Origin: Candidatus Latescibacterota bacterium
GTDB lineage: Bacteria; Latescibacterota; UBA2968; GCA-2709665
Length of the DNA: 64,000 bases
Direction: 5' to 3'
Assembly (NCBI GenBank): GCA_965219995.1
Contig: CBDCOX010000002.1
Location: forward strand, 1,696,001 to 1,760,000
Translations under genes and position numbers: made by a program
In this document: piece after piece, positions 61,909 to 64,000 of the stretch
How positions within the stretch are numbered: position 1 is the stretch's first letter
How the letters are laid out: each line of letters starts with the position of its first letter
Notes under the pieces: model-generated
What the model saw: only the letters and a program-made list of their open reading frames with translations
Told to the model about the DNA's origin: nothing
Database searches by the model: none

Positions 61909-62499
61909 ATGTCGCACCTGGTGGTCGCCACGAAAAATCCCGGCAAACTCAGAGAGATCCGGGAAATACTGGGTTCGGAAGTCCGGCTTCTTTCTCTGGC
62001 CGACTTTCCTGACGTCGGGGATATTGTGGAGGACGGCAGGACTTTCGAGGCCAACGCGATCAAGAAAGCGTTATCGGTCGCCTTGCATACGGGCAGGGCG
62101 TCTCTCGCCGACGACTCGGGCCTGGAGGTGGATGCGCTCGATGGGGCTCCGGGCGTATTCTCCGCGCGATTCGCGGGCGTAAAAGCCACCGACGAGCAGA
62201 ACAACGGCAAGCTTCTCAGGCTTCTCGAAGACACCCCGGACGCGAAACGTACGGCCCGTTTCCGCTGCGTTATCGCCGTCGGCCGTCCGGACGGCACCGT
62301 CCGCACGGCCGGGGGCACGGCCGAAGGGAGGATTCTCAGGAGCCCGAGGGGAACAGGCGGATTCGGATACGATCCTCTGTTCCTGGCTACCTCCGTCGGG
62401 CGGACGTTTGCGGAATTGACGCCGGAAGAAAAAAACAGGCTCAGTCATCGGGGAAGCGCATTGAAGTCGGCGATCCCTCTCCTGCGGAAGATCCTCTGA
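61909..62499 (+). CDS. rdgB: dITP/XTP pyrophosphatase
   Basis: AT.NPGK..E, ADDSGL, PGVFSAR, GFGYDP, KN..SHR. Confidence 0.95.
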   Translation: MSHLVVATKNPGKLREIREILGSEVRLLSLADFPDVGDIVEDGRTFEANAIKKALSVALHTGRASLADDSGLEVDALDGAPGVFSARFAGVKATDEQNNGKLLRLLEDTPDAKRTARFRCVIAVGRPDGTVRTAGGTAEGRILRSPRGTGGFGYDPLFLATSVGRTFAELTPEEKNRLSHRGSALKSAIPLLRKIL

Positions 62500-62544
62500 A
62501 TCGGAAGTATGGGAGACCGGGCAGCGCGGCGCACGTCCCGCCGC

Positions 62545-62763
62545 TCAACGGTCCGTTCCGGAGTCGTCGACGTTGGAGCGGCGTTGATACCGCCGCACCC
62601 GCCGTGCGAAGATCCAGACCAGTCCCACCACCGCCAGGTATTTCAAACCTTCCCACACCCACCCCTCCCATCCAAGAATCACCGGCCAGAGCGCGAATAT
62701 CGACAGCAGGATGAACAGGTCCTCCAGCGCCACCCAGATGCGGCGTTCGTTGCCGTTTGACAT
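62545..62763 (-). CDS. Small two-helix membrane protein
   Basis: GGAGG RBS overlapping the end of the transglycosylase gene; two hydrophobic segments then an Arg-rich tail. Confidence 0.7.
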   Translation of the reverse strand: MSNGNERRIWVALEDLFILLSIFALWPVILGWEGWVWEGLKYLAVVGLVWIFARRVRRYQRRSNVDDSGTDR

Positions 62764-62767
62764 GGGT

Positions 62768-64000
62768 CTAACCTCCCGCGTCGGTTACCTGCTGCAGGTA
62801 AGAATACACCTGATAATTGCGATACACCAGCTTCACGTAATTGCGCGTCTCCCGGTACGGAATGCTCTCAACGAACTCATCCACGTCGTGCTCCGGGAGC
62901 CGGACCGACCATTTCCGCGCCACTTTCAATCCGGCGTTGTACGCCGATAAGGCCAGGCCCAACTGCCTGTCTTCACTGCGCCTGAAATGTCGGAAGTGAT
63001 CGGCCAGATGTCTGGCGCCCAGCAGAATGGAGGTGTGGGGATCCCACAGATCTTCCGTAGTGAAACCCTTGAGACGCAGCTTGCGCGCCACCTGGCGTCC
63101 CGTGGCCGGCATGACCTGCATCAACCCGCGCGCGCCAGCCCGCGACAATGCCATTTCATCAAACGCGCTTTCCTGTCGGATAAGTGCAATGACCAGATTC
63201 GGATCGAGCCCGAGATCCTGAGCGGCCCGGGTGATCTCGCCCCAGTAGTAGGTCGGATACAGCCTGCGAAATGACGTCAACGATATCGGCACCCCCTGTT
63301 CGCGTTCCAGATTGAGGATCCGGCCGGATACCCGAAACGCCTGGTTCATGGCACCGATGCGTTCATATCGCCGCTGCAATTCACTCAGCGCGAAAATTTC
63401 CCGTCTGTGCGCCCATCCCGCGTGTCTGTATTCCCGTTCTGCTTCATCATAGAGGCCCAGGTCGGCCAACCTGTCTCCCTTGAGCAGGTACGGTGACGGT
63501 TCGTAGGGTTGCTGCAACCCGTCGTCTCCCGGCGACGCCGGCGCCCGAGGGTGTGCCCTGTCTTTCAGAGCCAGCATCGCCCGCGCGCGAGATCCGTAAT
63601 ACGAGGTTGGGAAGCCGGCTGCGGCCCGCCGTATCCAATCCGCGCCCAACGCCTTCCGTCCTGCCCGTTGATAGGACTTGCCGGCCCAGTAGTAGCCCTG
63701 GTCGCGCATGTAATGTTCCGGCGTCTGGTCCGCCAGCTTCAAAAAGACGCGGGCCGCGTTTTCGAATCGTCCCAGACCGTAGAGCGCATAGCCCGCGCGC
63801 CATCTGGCACGATCGGCAAGATGGCTGCGGGGATACCGGCCGGCCAGACTCAGGAATACCTCACGCGCCTTTGTACGCCTGCCCCTTCGCTCATAGGCCA
63901 TCGCGGCCTGCCAGAGCGCCTCGGCGGCCCCGGGCGTTGCGGGATACTGGCGCGCGAACGACTGAAAGCGGCCGGCCGCTTTCAAATCGAGCCCCCGCTT
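62768..64000 (-). CDS. Soluble lytic transglycosylase (Slt70-like) with TPRs, N-terminus beyond the window
   Basis: IRQES.F, GA.GLMQ, AYNAG, E.IPY.ETR.YV. Confidence 0.92.
   Translation of the reverse strand, partial: KRGLDLKAAGRFQSFARQYPATPGAAEALWQAAMAYERRGRRTKAREVFLSLAGRYPRSHLADRARWRAGYALYGLGRFENAARVFLKLADQTPEHYMRDQGYYWAGKSYQRAGRKALGADWIRRAAAGFPTSYYGSRARAMLALKDRAHPRAPASPGDDGLQQPYEPSPYLLKGDRLADLGLYDEAEREYRHAGWAHRREIFALSELQRRYERIGAMNQAFRVSGRILNLEREQGVPISLTSFRRLYPTYYWGEITRAAQDLGLDPNLVIALIRQESAFDEMALSRAGARGLMQVMPATGRQVARKLRLKGFTTEDLWDPHTSILLGARHLADHFRHFRRSEDRQLGLALSAYNAGLKVARKWSVRLPEHDVDEFVESIPYRETRNYVKLVYRNYQVYSYLQQVTDAGG

Overview
High-GC bacterial chromosome segment, densely coding, with no rRNA, tRNA, CRISPR array or intact transposase seen. 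The C-terminal double DxNxDG domain and the many Gfo/Idh/MocA and NAD-epimerase genes suggest an FCB-related lineage such as Latescibacterota (inference only). The first ~39 kb is accessory catabolism: DMFase-like/amidase/amidohydrolase trio, oxidoreductases, glycosyltransferases, ferritin, an RpoD-family sigma factor, gcvPA/PB, a HigBA-type TA pair, GNATs, a DASS transporter, an orphan IorA, lepB and a PLP enzyme. The remainder is core: Rel, mutS, mtaB, rpsA, plsC, cmk, scpBA, gcvH, accCB, efp, bioB, mnmG, smpB, rdgB, Slt. Best leads: (1) a promoter-driven ~470-nt multi-hairpin RNA with C-rich loops upstream of the sigma gene; (2) a secreted protein of ~200 residues of (G/N/D)-D-E repeats; (3) two MITE families, one sitting directly upstream of genes; (4) a stand-alone DnaC/IstB-like ATPase behind smpB, preceded by an unlisted amidase remnant; (5) a Rel enzyme with altered hydrolase motifs. 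All family calls come from motif recognition by eye, not from database searches; several starts were moved from the ORF track to the more plausible codon.
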